The notes under the pieces are model-generated. The model was not told the DNA's origin. It saw only the letters and a list, made by a program, of their open reading frames with translations, and did not search any database. Of a stretch of DNA of 64,000 nucleotides, positions 28,101 through 43,100 are shown one piece after another; positions within the stretch are counted from its first letter, which is position 1, and each line of letters starts with the position of its first letter. Where the stretch lies: assembly GCF_018977255.1 (NCBI RefSeq), contig NW_024704742.1:49230001-49294000 (forward strand), given 5' to 3'. Position numbers and translations under genes: made by a program. This DNA is from Callorhinchus milii (taxonomy: Eukaryota).

Positions 28101-31100
28101 GATGTGGTGGCTATCGTTTGCTAAATTTAGCAGATTATTCACTCTGGACTTATAAATAACTCTACACATTTTAAATTCTGAATACATTTAAATTATAAAT
28201 GCATCATGACTTATTTATACGTGTGAGGAAAATACCATGTTACGTCAAGGAATTTGTAATGCTTGTCAAGTGGCTCGGAGCAACCCCACTCCTACACCTT
28301 ATAAATGGTAGATGGCAAACAGAGGAGTGGAGAAAATAATTTTGCACCAAATCTTGTATTATGTTCTCATTCCTGTAACAATGATATATATTATTGAAAG
28401 AAAAAAAATAACAATATTTGGTAAATATTACATGGATTGAAGGTTATGTTTCAATAATTGATAGGAGGTACTTTGAGCCAGTAACTGTTTCGGCAACTTA
28501 AAATGTTTATATCATACTGGGTTATAATAGAAAGGGGAATTCTCTCTTAGATGTGAGTATTTGTGTGGAATTTGGAAATAATAAGCAAAAAGTAATTTAA
28601 TACCAATTGCTATTCCATATGGTCAATCAGCTGCACTGACAGGTCCTATTTAAAACTGACGGCCTGAAATCTGTCCCCAAAGGTTTCTTGCACTTCCTCT
28701 GGGGCCAAAAATAGTTTGTAACTCGGCTAGGAGTAGGTCAGCACTTCCTGTTTTCAACCTTTACACTCTTTTCACTGTCTTTCCATTTCTATTCCTATAC
28801 CATAGTTCAAATCCTTCTTCCTATCATTAACACACATCTACAGTGGAATGTAGCCTGACTGGAGGCATCAGGTTCCAATGTAGAGGTGTGAGTTGCGTGC
28901 ATGCAATCACACGATGTTCCCAGGATATGATTTAGCCAGCGACCTTCAACTGCCAAAGCAAAGGTTATTTATGAAACAATTTTTTTGATAGGTACAGTTC
29001 ACGATTATAGACACAGAGGATCAGAGAAAACGTGTCAGACAGAAAATGATTCAAAAAGATAAATTTAGAGAGAGAAATTAACTCAAGAAAGAGTCAAACT
29101 TAGACTGCTTCCTATACATATTATTGATCTGGATTTGCAGACAACAACAAATTATATTTGTACAGTGCCTTTCCCGTCGGGAGAACGTCCCAATGCGCTG
29201 GACAGTCAGGGATTTGGACCCGAGCTGGGGGTCGACACTGGGGAGGATGGAGCGCAAGAAAGGTAGGTGGGTGACTGAAGGCGCGGTCGAAAGGAGGGTC
29301 TTGAGACATGCCTTGAAGGGGGTAAGGTAGGGTGCGAGGCGAAGGGACTATGGGATGGAATTCCAAAGCGAGGCGGGGGACATAAAGCAGGCCGGAACCT
29401 GCTGAGCCGAGGGAGTGGGCAGGATGATAGGGGGTTAGGAGGTCGCAGAGGTAGGGGTGAGCAAGGACATGGAGGGCTTTGGAGTTTGAAGGTGAGGACC
29501 AGGATCTTGAACTGTATCCTCTGTGTGATGGGAAGCCAGTGGAGTCGGGCGAGGGTGAGGGGTGATAGGGTCACGGAGTCTGGTGTGGGAGAGGACACGC
29601 ATGGGCTGCAGAGTTCTGGATAATCTACAGCCTGTGGAGGGAAGCGTTGGGGAGGCCGACAAGCAATGAGTTTGCATAGTCGAGCCTCGATGTAATGAAT
29701 ACATACACGGGGTTCGGCGGTCTGTGGTGTGAGACAGTGCTGGAACCGGGTGATGTTGTGGAGGTGGGGGAAGACAGAGCTGATAATGGCACAGAAGTGT
29801 GGTAGAAAGAATAGTTGAGGGTCAAACAAGACGCCAAGGTTCTGGACTGGCTCAGTGAGGTGGAGTGTGCAACCATGGATGGTGATGCTGTCAGTGTCTG
29901 AGGTGTGGAGGTGCTGACAAGTGACAATCAGGAGAGCCTCGGTCTTGTTGACGTTCAACTGAAGCAAGTTAGCTCTCATCCAGGACTAGAAAAGATTGGC
30001 AAGGAGGTGGAGCTGGGAGGTGAAGAGAGGGGTACGGATGGGGTCGAGGGTGCAGGTGGTGGGCTACATTTTTGAGATGACAGAGGTGAGGGAAGAGAGG
30101 GAGACAGGGTTGAAGGCGTATAGGGAGGGATGGGTGGGGGCCGGGGCGTGTGGGAGAGGTGACAAGGGGGAAGCAGTAGACAGGGCAGAGGTACCCGAAC
30201 AAATTCCCTCGATTTTCGATTCAAGGAAGTCCAACATCTCCTTGCAGTTGAAATTGGAGGAGAGGATGGGCGAGGCATGGAAAGGTGGGTGGAGGAGGCG
30301 GTTAGTGGCGGAGAAGAGGAGCCTGGGATTGTCCTTGGTCTCTGAGATTATCTTGGAATTTGGTGGATGATTTGGTGGAGGCGTAAGTCTTGGTGTGGTC
30401 AAGCCAGATCAAAGTAAAAATTTGAGTTTATTACAATCTAAGCACTCTGCTACAGAACAAATTGTTGGGCAAAATACCATTTATTGCTGTGTTTTTTACG
30501 TAAAGTTTTCAGCAAGGTATTTGAGGCCACCCTATTATTCTGTTAAAACAGGAGATGGAATTTTGCCAGCTGTTATTTTAGGTTTGATTTGGTCCAGGTG
30601 TGTTTGGTAGCATGCACTTGTGCCTTGAGGAATTGGAGATGACTGGTATACCAGGGGATTTATGGGAATATGAAGTGGTTCAGGAGGTGAGGGGGGCAAG
30701 GGAGTCAAGGATGGAGGAGAGGGAGTAGTGGAGAATAGAGACCAAAGAGGGTAGGTCATTGTGAGAGGAGGGCCAGGAGTTTGGAAGACTCTAGGGCAGC
30801 CGAGAGGGAGTGGGGGGAGTTTTTAAACTTTTTTTTAGATGATTAATGCACAATAATCTTTGCATTTAATATAGTGTCTTATTATTTGTCAATACATCTC
30901 AAAGTGCTTCACAAGGTTTTTACTGTAAAGTGTAGTGACTATTTGTGAGCAGAAGGTAATGAATCTACAACATAAGCATTCTCATGATAAGCAGTTCCAG
31001 TCCTCAGAATGGCCTAAGGTAGTTAGATTAATTAAAGAGGTCAGATCATTGTAAAATAACAGCTGGCACAATTCCATCTCCTGTTTTAACAGAGTAATAG

Positions 31101-34100
31101 TGGAATCATATACCTTGCTGAACACTTTACATAAAAAGCACGGCAATAAATGGTATTTTGTCCAACAATTTTCTCTGTAGCAGAGTGACTAGATTGCAAA
31201 AAACTCAAATATTTACTTTCAAATTCACACAGTGAAACACTCCTATTATTTCATCGTGATATGCATGTAGATAGCTCCATCAAGTCATCTATGTACACAT
31301 CAAGGCATCCAAATACACATTATGGCAGCAACAATGGAAATTTACCATCTGTATAGTGCAACGAACATTATTATGCCTTTCATGTCAGGAAGACATCACA
31401 AGCACTTTGCATAGATAACTGGACTGGGCTGGAGGTGGGGGAGGGGAGAAAAAAGGATAAGACAGCCAAAAGCACAATAGTACAGATATTTATCAGTTGT
31501 TTCATTGCCCTACTTCCCACCCTCAGCTCGGGTGCAAACCTTAGACTGTTCAGGGCCTTGGGACATCCTCCTGACATGAAAGGCATGTTATAAATGTAAA
31601 TGTGTATTATGCTGTACTGCAGCAAGTTACAACAACAACAACAACAAGATTCCATTTATTGAGCGCCTTTCACGTCGGGAGGAAGTCCCAAGGCGCTGTA
31701 CAGTTGGGTCAGGACCCGAGCAGGGGGGAAATGGTCAGGGTGAGGGGAGGGAAGGGAGGGAGCGAGGAAGGGGTAGAGAGTCGAGAGGGGAGCTGAAGGC
31801 ACGGTCAAAGAGAAAGGTCTTGAGACCGGCCTTGAAGGAGGAAAGGGAGGAGGCGGCGAAGGCACTGGGGGATAGAGTTCCAGAGCCTCGGGGCTGAGAG
31901 GCTGAAGGCCTGGCCACCGATGGTAGGGCGGTTGGGGCGAGGGATGTGGAGCAGACCGGAGCCAGAGGAACGGAGGGTACGGGCGGGTAGGTAGGGGGAT
32001 AGTAGGTCGGAGAAGTAGGAGGGAGCGAGGCCGTGAATGGCCTTGTAGGTGTGGATGAGGATCTTGAATTCGATCCTCTGGGGATGGGGAGCCAGTCGAG
32101 GCGAGCGAGGGTGGGAATGATGTGGTCGCGAAGCCTGGTGCGGGACAGTACACGAGCTGCAGAGTTCTGAATGACCTGCAGCTTGTGGAGGGAGGTGCCG
32201 GGAAGGCCGGCGAGGAGAGAGTTCCCATAGTCCAGCCTTGAGGTGATAAAGGCGTGGACCAGAGTTTCAGCAGCGTGAGGGGTGATGTAGTGCCGTAGTC
32301 TGGCGATATTCTGGCGATATTTAGTTTAATGAATTACACATTTTATAATTTACAGGCTTTTTTAAAAAATGATTAAAATTTTAGAAACACCCTAATTATT
32401 AATATCATCTCTTCAGCATTCACTCTCACCTGGCGAAGAAGCTTGGTAGATTATCTGGTCTCCATGTTTTTCAGGGACTGCTGTGTGGCAGACTGCCATC
32501 ATCGTAATAAACTCGCGGATGACTGGTGCGGTAACCTACAAAATTCATAGAAGTAAAACATGGTCAACATGGTTCAGAAAAAAATATATTGTCTATTCCT
32601 TTCACACCAATCAATTTCCCCCATCCCTTAAAAACAACAAAGATGCTCTAACTAGAGCCAAAACACATGCATTTATTTTTAAAATGAACCTGTGTTTACT
32701 ATTGTTTGATTACTATAGTCCATACTGCAATAAAATGTTGATTTTTTTTACTAAGAATAAAAGCCTACTGAAAATTCAATCAGTCTACTTTGGGTTACAA
32801 AAAATATAGATAATTGAAAAACTGTACGTCAGCCTGGCTCATTTAGCAGCAACTCTTGCCTCCGAGTCAGAAGATTGTGGTTTTAGCTTTTTGTAGGGAC
32901 TTTGAACTCATATAATCTAAGGTGACTCTCCAATGCATTGCTGGGGGAAGCACTGCATCGTTGGAGGTGCCGTTGGAGATGTCAAACCAAGGTCTTCTGC
33001 CTGGATGTTAAAGATCCGATGGCACGATTCAAAAAGAGAAGGGAGTTTCTCCTGGTGGCCCTCAAATAAAATTGGACACTTCATGACTGTTTGTGGGACA
33101 GTGTTATTAATAATATTAATAACAAACAGTAGTACTAATATTAACTAATAAAATCCTTTTAGTTCAATGTAGAATCTGTTGAAATCAGAAACTTTACAGC
33201 ACAGAAGGAGCCTTTTGGCCCACTAGCTTTCCCCACTGGAGACAACTATTCCCTCTCTCATCTCTCTATTTCTTTCTACTTTCCTCTTTTCTTTAGTATT
33301 TTCCTGAAGCTTTTATGAAATTCCTTTTCAAAAGCCATTGTGATCTCGGTTTTAATAGAACACAGTCAAAACTATTTAGTCTGTGTTGCACGTGCATTGT
33401 TCTCCACCTTTTTGCCTCGCTAGGTTAGAAGATTTTTCTCCAAGACACTGTCTGGCATGAAGGCGCTTTATAAATGCTAAATGTTGTTGCTTAGTTGTCG
33501 GACAGTATAAATCTGCCTGACGACCAAGAAATCTGCATCACAAATGGGAAACAGGGCTCGAATACAGAACCTGGACTACATGTCCATCACTAGGACAGAT
33601 GCCCCACATGTAATTGCATCAAACAAGAGCTAAAATCTACATACAAACCTAAAAAAAATCAGCATTATAAAAATAGTGTTAGGCTGAATTGTACATCATA
33701 GGGCACACTAGGACTTCAGTTAGAATTAGAAATTTGAGCATAGCTATCTATATGAACATATGTTTGTGCCATTCTACCTGTTTCAGTTCCTTTCTCTATA
33801 CCCTTAAACAGATACTGAAAAGCGCCATTTACAAGCTTTAACTGCAGTTCACCAAAGGCACTTAAATGCTAAGATGAGTTATGCTACACACGCTCCAGCC
33901 TGTGATACTCAATATAAATAAGCAGGAGGTGGAGACTGTGGCAGCTGCTTTATTCAATTGTTGGCTGCATTTTATTTAGCAGGCAGCAACGGCTCCTAGC
34001 TTTTAGCTGCTACTCAGATCAAATCATAAGATTTTACCTTCAGTAAGACTTGGTTTTACTCACATTTTAGAATAGTATATCCTGTAAATGCTCACAACTT

Positions 34101-37100
34101 TGGAAATGCAGACACAAATTAATAGTCTACTTTGCATTAAACAGCTATCAAATGCACCTATAAAGTGCTTTGACAACATCATCGGACACCTTGATTTAGT
34201 GACAATCTTCATTTTGTTTCATTCCTTTCATAGGTATTCACTGTTTCGGCCACAAAATATACAGTCAATTCGCTTTACAGTATATTCTGTATATTAGACA
34301 TTTTGAAGATGTGATAAGGTGCTACATCAAATGCAAGGATCATTATTATATATTATTATTTTGCTTACTCTATTAGTTCTATGTAATTTACCACAGGGAA
34401 AACGCTCAAAGATTGTGGAATAATGTAAAAGGCAGCCATGCAGTGGAGCCTTGTTGTAATGTGGTGGCCAGGATCTATAAAATCCCAACCTGTGTTATAG
34501 TGAGGTGTGACAGCCGGTTTCACACTGCAGGTGCACATCCAGCCGGCTAGCTTGAAGTGACTGAACCTTGTACATTCATTAGTAGTTTTGTGCACTGTAT
34601 TAGAATCAGAGAAATCAAAGCACAAAAGAAGCCATTTAGCCCCTGCCATTCTGGCTAGCTCATCCATTGGAGCAGTTCACTTATCCCATTACCCTGCTCT
34701 TTTCCCACACTCTTTTATCCTATAGTTGATAGACTGAGGCATATATATTCATGAGCTTTCAAAGCTAGTTTTCTTCAGATGGTAAACTGCTTAATAGAGT
34801 TTTCATGGGATTTTTCACCCCTGGGTCATAAATCCAATGCCTTGATTTATAAACCACCTCCTCACACCTCAGGCTATTTACGATCTAGTAATGCGATGAC
34901 AGCTTTTCATGCATTTTTTTGAAAAAATGTATTTCTCCCAGTGCAAATAAAAATGATGCAAACAGAGAGCACATATCAAAAAAGAATTCAAAATGAATTT
35001 TCTTCATAATGACCAGACTATACAGCAAAATTAGTTTCTTCTCAGTTAAATGTGCATTTTTCTAAAATGTACTGGTTTTATAATAAGGTGCCCCAATGAT
35101 CCAGTTTGCCATGGATGAGAATGCAAACTCTAATGCAATCGCTTTGCTATCCCTCAGGCTGTGCAAACTGAATGACCGAATCAGCAACAGCATATATAGG
35201 CTTGCAGCAAATATCCATCTGTTTTATGATGGTTGATAAACAACAAAAACTGTTTTTCCATAGGATTTCTGAAAAAGAGTACTTCCCGAGTTTATTCACT
35301 GCAATGCAAACTTTTGGATCAACTTTACATTGTTATTTTCATTTGCCAAATATGAGACGGGTTATTTTTAATGTTTTCTCAAGGACAAAAATTTACATTT
35401 ATGCAGCACGTTTCACATTGGGAGGACGTCTCAAAGCGCTTCACACAGATTAGGAGACTGAGCTGATAGAGAGACAAGTGACCAAAAACACGGTCAAAAC
35501 TATAGATCTTAAAGCTAGTTTTAACAGTGGGAAGGAAGCAGGCGATGAGAGGCAGAGGAACTCTAGGATGGAGTTTCAGAAAACAGGGCAGAATGGCGGA
35601 TGGTGGGAGCATCAGGCAGAAGACTCTGTCAGCTGAAGTAGAGGTGATTGGAGTAATAGTGTTGCAGAAGGACAAAGAGGCAAGAAACACAATCTAACTA
35701 CATTTGGTAAATTTCGATCACATGCATTTTTTCCTTGTACTGCCCTTAGCTTCTAAATGTTCATCACAATCTACAAGTGTCTAAATTTAAGTAATTGAAC
35801 AGCTTTAATCTCTCACCAGAATTAGTACATCCAGTTAAATAGAGAACAAAATTAAAATAATTCTAACATCCAGATTTCAGCAACATTCAAAATCGGAATT
35901 TTAAATTGGACAAACGAAAAGTTATGCGTCATTACCCTGTATCAAATCAAAGAATCAAAATTAAATGAATCACTGATCTTGACTATATGCAGGATTTTAT
36001 GTATATTACTGTCCCATACCTCTCTATTTAACTTGTGCTTATCAAGTTGGGCAATGTCAGAGCTAGTGAATGGATTTTCTTTCCCACTGACAGTAACAAG
36101 CACTCCCAGTCCACGGGGGGAAAAAAACTACAACATCCCACGATCAAATAATGAGCTGAAATGCATGGTTTAAACAGGAGCAGTTCTCCGAGCAAGATAT
36201 CAGAAGCAACCTGGACAATAGCTATTTGCAATTCTCAAAGAAATAAACATTCTCTATGGCACACTGCATTGCAGCCAGGAAGTTTAATGAGAAAATTAGC
36301 TCGGTTTTGACTTACAACTGGAACAAAGCTCTGTTCCAAACAGCCCACGGAGAACATTGCTTTCTAACAGGTACTAAACAGTTTTGTCAGGTTAATGGGA
36401 GAAAACTTAAACTTTTGTCATCTTCACATCAGATGACATCTTCTGTGACATTTCAGACAAATCCATTAAATTACATTGCTGTCAAACTACATTATCCCTT
36501 CATAGACCTTCACCCTCCCACCCACACACACATGTTTTCATTAGAAGAAAAGTTAACAAAATAGTTGAATAAACAGGAATATATAATTAAAAATGAAGCA
36601 TTTTTTAGACCATATTGGATCAACTATAATGCTGGAATAAGGACATGCAAGCTGAATTTCTCCATTCCTTCAACCTCAGCCATGTCACTATAACAACCAA
36701 GCTCCTCAAGAAGCTCCACTGGTTCCTCATGCCCCAACAGATCAACTTCAAAATCCTGCGGTACTTGAAGATCTTTATTCTAACCTTCAACTTCCCCCTT
36801 TGCTACTATTATTTGAGTTCTACTTTCCTGCCAGAGCCCTCCACTCATCTAACTCTGGTTTGTGGCTTATTCCCCTCATCTTCTATTCCAGGGAATATTG
36901 TCCTTGCTCTCTAGAATTCTTTCCAAATACCACTTTGTCTTGGACTTTCTTTCCCTGCCTTCAAACTCTCTTAAAAAAAAATATCCTTTTGATTGGGCAT
37001 TTGTAGCTCAGTGATTAGATCCAGCTGCTAGAAAGAGTTAACTTCATGTACGCAAGGTATTCCTAAGTCAAAACCCCTGGATTAGCTAAAGTAGATGCCA

Positions 37101-40100
37101 TTTTACATTTGGAAAATATGATGTTATTTTAAAAGAGAAAATGATTTTCTTGTAATTGCGTTCATGCATCTACAAACACACAGTAACTACCCTTTACAGT
37201 TCTATATTAAATGCAAGTTTGTGGATAAGCATCATGATGGAGTTGAGGTACACATCAGCCATGATCCAGCAGAACAGGTTCGAGGGGCTGAATGGCCTAC
37301 TCCTGTTCCTATTATTATAATGGGAAATATCAACCAAGACAGCAATGCGATTATATTTCAATGTGGGTGTTACACATTTAAGACTGCTGAGAACGTATTA
37401 TTCTGACAGTCCCCAAAATGCAGTGTCTTTGTAATTTAACTGTCTATATGAATTCCATATCGCTTTGAACTCCAAACAGCAGTGGGCTGCTATTGACCAG
37501 TTGAGGTTTTCTTTTGAAATATAAAAATCGGAAAGAAATTCAATTACCATCACAAAAAGTAGATATAGTGAAAAACGACACCAACAAATGTACTCAATCA
37601 TTAAACAAAAATGATACTGTAACGTTAAGTTCCCCTCAAAAACATTCCAAAATGGGCCCTGTTTTCTCAGATTGCCGCTTGTGTATGCATGCTAAAACAT
37701 GGAAAGAAAGCTACTGCTCCTTTTTGCTCTGAGTTTTAAAGTCTCCGCAGTGCATTTTCCAAGCAGCTCAGAGATCTCTAAACCTACATGAATGAAACTT
37801 CTTCCAGTTTGGACTCCCTTCCAGATTAAATGTCTGGCCTCACCTTGGCATCTTTGCCAAAGCGGACAGTTCCCAAGCATCTCTTGTGCATGAGATATGC
37901 ACTATTGAATAGAGTGAGGAACAGAAGGTGCTGACAGCATTGGGCTAGACATTAAAATGTCACGCCTGAATACTCCAAACCTCTCCACACATTGGAAAAT
38001 AACAGCTCAGGGGACACTCACAAGGGAGTTTACTTCAATTATGTTTTTGTGTGTAAAAACTGTGTAAAATAACAGTACAAAATCAGGGATATGTTTTGAT
38101 AACTCTGGCAGAACCCCCAATCACACTCTCATTTCTGAAGCATTCTTTGAAAATTCTTAATCCCATTAGGAAATCTAAAGCACAAGGAAAGAGGGATTGA
38201 AAATACTTCTTCACAAGTCAAATTCGTTCAAGATACAGAACTAACATAATGTTAACAAACATAAGAAAATCAAAGATGCAAAGGGGCAAAAATACTTTTC
38301 TTTTTTTGCTGAATTAATCCTAGAGACTCCAATAGCTGGTAGAGGTTTGTTGAAGATCAAATATTAGTTTTGCTGTTTCACAGAATTACATTACAGAATA
38401 GTCACATCTGTAAGACATTACCTGGACATTGCTGTAAATTTATGATGTATTATGTCTGGTGGGGAGGGAACTGGTTATACATTAAACACAGTAAACTAAT
38501 CCAAACAATGTTCTTAAAATCTGAAATTAATAAAGGGCAATATGCCAATTTCTTTTCAAACCACATATAACTTGTTCCATCAATGTCTGTGCCCAGCACA
38601 GTTGATAGAGAGGATCGATTTCAAGATCCTCACCCTTGTATTCAAGTCCCTGCACTCCTCTGCACCCCCCTACCTCTCTGACCTCCTCTCTCCTTAAAAC
38701 TGTACCCGTTGCCTTTGTTCCTCCGGGTCTGGCCTCCTCCTCATCCCCGAGTCCTCCGCTCCACCCTCGGCGGCCGTGCCTTCAGCCACTATGCCCCGAG
38801 GCTCTGGAACTGCCTTCCTCACTCCCTTCGTCTCGCTCCCTCCCTTCCCATTTTCAGGTCTCTCCTGAAGACCTTTCTTTTCGACCGCGCCTTTGGTCAC
38901 CTTCCTCCTCCTCCCTTGGCTCGGTCCCGGGATCCATTACTGTAAAGCGCTCTGAGACGCCATCCGGCGTGGAGGGCGCTATATAAATCCAAGTTGTTGT
39001 TGTTGTTGATAGCAAAAAGTCAGACATTTCTAAGTCTTATACCCTGGATGGCTAGCCGGTTGATTGGTATCTGGAAGTTTCAGGGTTTTGAGTTCAAGTT
39101 GGTTTACTCAGTCCTGGACTCTTTTAACATCAATAAAGTAAGCACTCTTTGTTGGTGGTGGAAGGGGGGAGATCAAGTTGGAGATTTCCCCACGAGCTGG
39201 ACTAACTATCAAAAAAACAATTTGGTCAAAATGTTAAAGTGAGGCAAGTCTACACTAATTCAAAGCATTTTTGGCAACTGACCATCCTGTCTGGTTTATC
39301 AAAGAATCTTGGAGCTTTGACATATTAATAATAATTCTTTGCAATGATATACTACCTCATTACGCAATCGAAAAAGTCTCAAAGCACTTTACAGGATTTC
39401 ATTGTATAGTTTATAGACCAACATATTGAGACACAATAACAATCCTCATACTTCATTTCACAACTGGAGGATATCTTAGAGCACTTCATAGAATATACTA
39501 TATCTGAAGCTACCATTTCATAGGATATACTATAAAGTGTACTGACTGTATTATGTAGACCTCGGGTTATCAACGTGCGAACCAAAGTCTTTAAAGCAAT
39601 TATTACCATGGAAAGCAATCTGCCAATCGACTAACAACTGGGTTCTGACTTACTGCTAGGTAAACAGAGGCGTATGGAGTAAGAAAATGTGCCTTTCACA
39701 ATTCTGAACCTCTGCCCTGCTGCCCTGAAGGATTTGAAGCTACCATTTCAGATTATATAACATTTAGTCTCTCAGGGTTTTAAAATTTCTTATTTACTTC
39801 AGTGACTAACTCAATTTTTTTTAAATAGGAGAGTAAAAATTCATGAAAGTTAGTTAAAATGAAGAAGTGACTGATCTTTATGGTAGGATTGCACAAGATT
39901 GGTCCAGATGAAGAAGGCCCTTCAGCTCATCTGATCTCATCCGTTCAAAATAATCACCTTACACCATCACAGCATGTTTTTGAAACAAGTCTAGGGTCCT
40001 GGCCTCAACCACCTTTCCTGATAATCTGTCCCTTACTACGTGAGATTCAACATTTTTTTTCTGGTTACTGAACTCTTTCCTGAATTTCAGTTATGTAAAT

Positions 40101-43100
40101 TAATCATGTTTACAATGTTTAGTTTATTCACTGCAAATGTCCCCAGTGAGCACTGTAAAACTTTCAGATTTAATATCACTTAATATGCCATTAAATGTTG
40201 CACATTCCTGAATGTAAGACTCAAATATTACTCTAAAGAATATTGCACAGATGGTCCTTACAAAGTTCTTTTAGTCGTAAGAATTGTGCTCATACTTCAA
40301 TCATAGTGTTATGAATGCAGCAGTGTGATATCCTACAATTTGTGAAGTAGTTATTTACTGACTGATTTAAGTTGAGACATTAAAATTATGAAACATGTGA
40401 AAAATTGTGTGAAGTTTAAGCACTACACAGAAAAATAAGAGTATTGCTTGCAACAGATTCATAAAGATTAATGTTCCCACAACAAAAATTTTTTCCCTCC
40501 TTTTCAATGTTTTCGAATGATAATTGTTAGTGCTGGGTGCCCATGTCAGTATTACCGATTTCCAGGACAATTAGATGCACAACAAAGATCCTTCAACTCT
40601 GCTTCATCATTGTGCTTACCTCACCCTGACTCTCAGACCAGCACTTCCACTGCCCCAATACAACATTTTATATTCATCCTACTATTTAAGCATAGTAAAA
40701 ATTTCCAGTCCTTGTTATAATATGCAATTCAAAGCATTCAGTGACATTTCAACCACAATTTCAGCCCCAGTGCAAAGAAGCACACAAAGATGCAGATACA
40801 CAGTACTCTGGCTATACAGGCAGTCTTAAACCTTATGAGGTGTCTATGATCTAATAATAATAATGATAATAATCCTTGCATTTGATATAGCACCTTATCA
40901 CATCGTTGAGACGTCTCAAAGTCCTTCACAGAATATACTGTAAAGTGTAAAATTTTGTGGGTGAACGCGACAGTCAATTGCATGCAGCAGTCTTGGATTG
41001 AGTAACCAATATTTTTAATATAAGTATTATTACCTCCTGGGAGAGTGATCCGCCAATCGACTAACAATCAGGTTCCTACTTACTGCTATGTAAACAGAGG
41101 CGTGTGGAGTAAGGAAACTTAAGATTTCGTCCTGCGAAGAACGCGAACCTGGGTCATCTTGCTTGTGATGTGAGCGTGCTAACTTACTGCACTATGGGAC
41201 TCCACTCTACAAAGGGCTTGTATAAGAGTCAGATAATTGACTCTGGGCCAGAGTATTAAGCCATCAACTAGAGTAGGAATCTGAGTTCAAATTGAAATTT
41301 GCACTCGAATATCCCTTGCATTTTCCAAGGTTACTGCTTGTATGAATGTTGTCACTTCAGTTATATTTCCTGTGAGATGAACCAAACAAAGATATTTGGT
41401 ATTTGCAGGAATGCCAGTAAGCTAACCTCATTACACACCTTCCCAACCAGGATCCATGGATGGAGACACTGAACTTTTTCCTTGCATAATGTATTACATA
41501 GAATAGAATCTGATTTCCAGCAATTGGGGTGGTAAATTTATTTAACAACAATAAGTTCTATGTATGCTTTAGAAAATCAATTATCTTTCCTGAAGAACAA
41601 AAATATAGATACTTACATGTTTTTCATGAAGATTTTTCAGCAATATTTTATCATGAAATCCAAGTTCCTGAGAGGCATCATGACTAAAAGGAACAAAAAT
41701 TAAGTGAAAACTTGAACATGTCTAGTCTGCATAAAAGAGTTCAAGGTACATGCAGTATAACAGTTCCTAATTATCATGCCAATTTCCTGAGAAAGAAGTT
41801 TATTATTAATTGCTTTCAGTGCTTAAATGCAGTATCTGTTGCCATAAATAAAATCAATATCACACAACATTGATTTAAAGTGTTGGATTTATTCCCACAG
41901 ATCTGAACTGAGACACTGTTCAAAAAAAATATCAGTTTGCCTTTTTATGATGTAAATTTGAAAACTTATAGAAAGTAGCAATACGTTTGTGCCCTGCGAT
42001 GCTATCCTGTGTGAAGGAACGTTAAGGTACCATGTCCTGAAACAAATTAGTACCAATAATAAGGAAAACAAACTAAGCAGCATTTCATGGAGGTCACATG
42101 TACTTCATTTTAGGCATTTGCAAATAATATCATGTAACTTAACTGGGGCTTACAATATCCTTTACTGATTTGAATGAAACTTCACAATGAAGTTGCTTCT
42201 CCAGATTGTTAGGTTGACTATGGGTGAACAGCACAGACTGGGAAGGCAAATTAGGACTTTTCCATATTTTGAATACTATTATGACCATGTTAATAAAAAG
42301 AATAGCCAACTAGTTTTACCAAATATCTTCACAATTGCAATAACAGCAAATCATATAGAACAACATGTAGAAAACATAATAACTTGCATTTATATAGCAC
42401 CCTTCAAAGTGGGGTAGTGTCTCAGAGAGTTGAATAATGGCAGACAAAAGGGAAGGTGACTGTAGGCATCGCTGAAGTTATTGAAGAGAAAAGTCTTCAG
42501 GTACAATTTGAAGACGGGCAAAGAAGGGGCAAGCACGAGGGATTGAGGCAAGCAATTCTAAAGTTTGGGATGTAGTGACTAAAGGCAGGACTGACGATGG
42601 TGGAGGAGAGGGGTCAGGGGACATGCAGAAGGCCCGAGCAAAGGGGACAGATAGAGGAATGGGGTGTGAGCAATTGGAGAGGTAAAAAACAGAAAATAAA
42701 CTCATAGCAAGGATAGCATTGCAAGGCGTTGAAAATATAGTTCTGGTAAGATCACAGAGTAAAGGTCATTTAATGTAAATTTATGAGGGAAAGTTATCGG
42801 AAATTGGAATGGAACCTTCTGAATTGCATAAAAGCATTCAGCTTGGTGGCAGTGAAAGAATGTAATAAAATGTGTTGAAATAGAATCACAATCTTGGTCT
42901 CGTCAAATGGTACTACCAACCATTATCTGATGTGTGCCCTTTTGTTCATTAAAAGGATGGATATCCATGCTAGGAATCCTTCTATATTGAATCCCCCCAG
43001 GGCAAATATGTATCAGATATTTTTCGTCGTATACTCTAGGTTATTAATGCATTTAATAGTTTATATATACTCTTTAACAGTTATAATTTTCAACTACTAT

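Noticed and set aside
29206..29979. Longest ORF in the track (257 aa)
   Set aside because: L2 remnant that drifts out of the RT frame.
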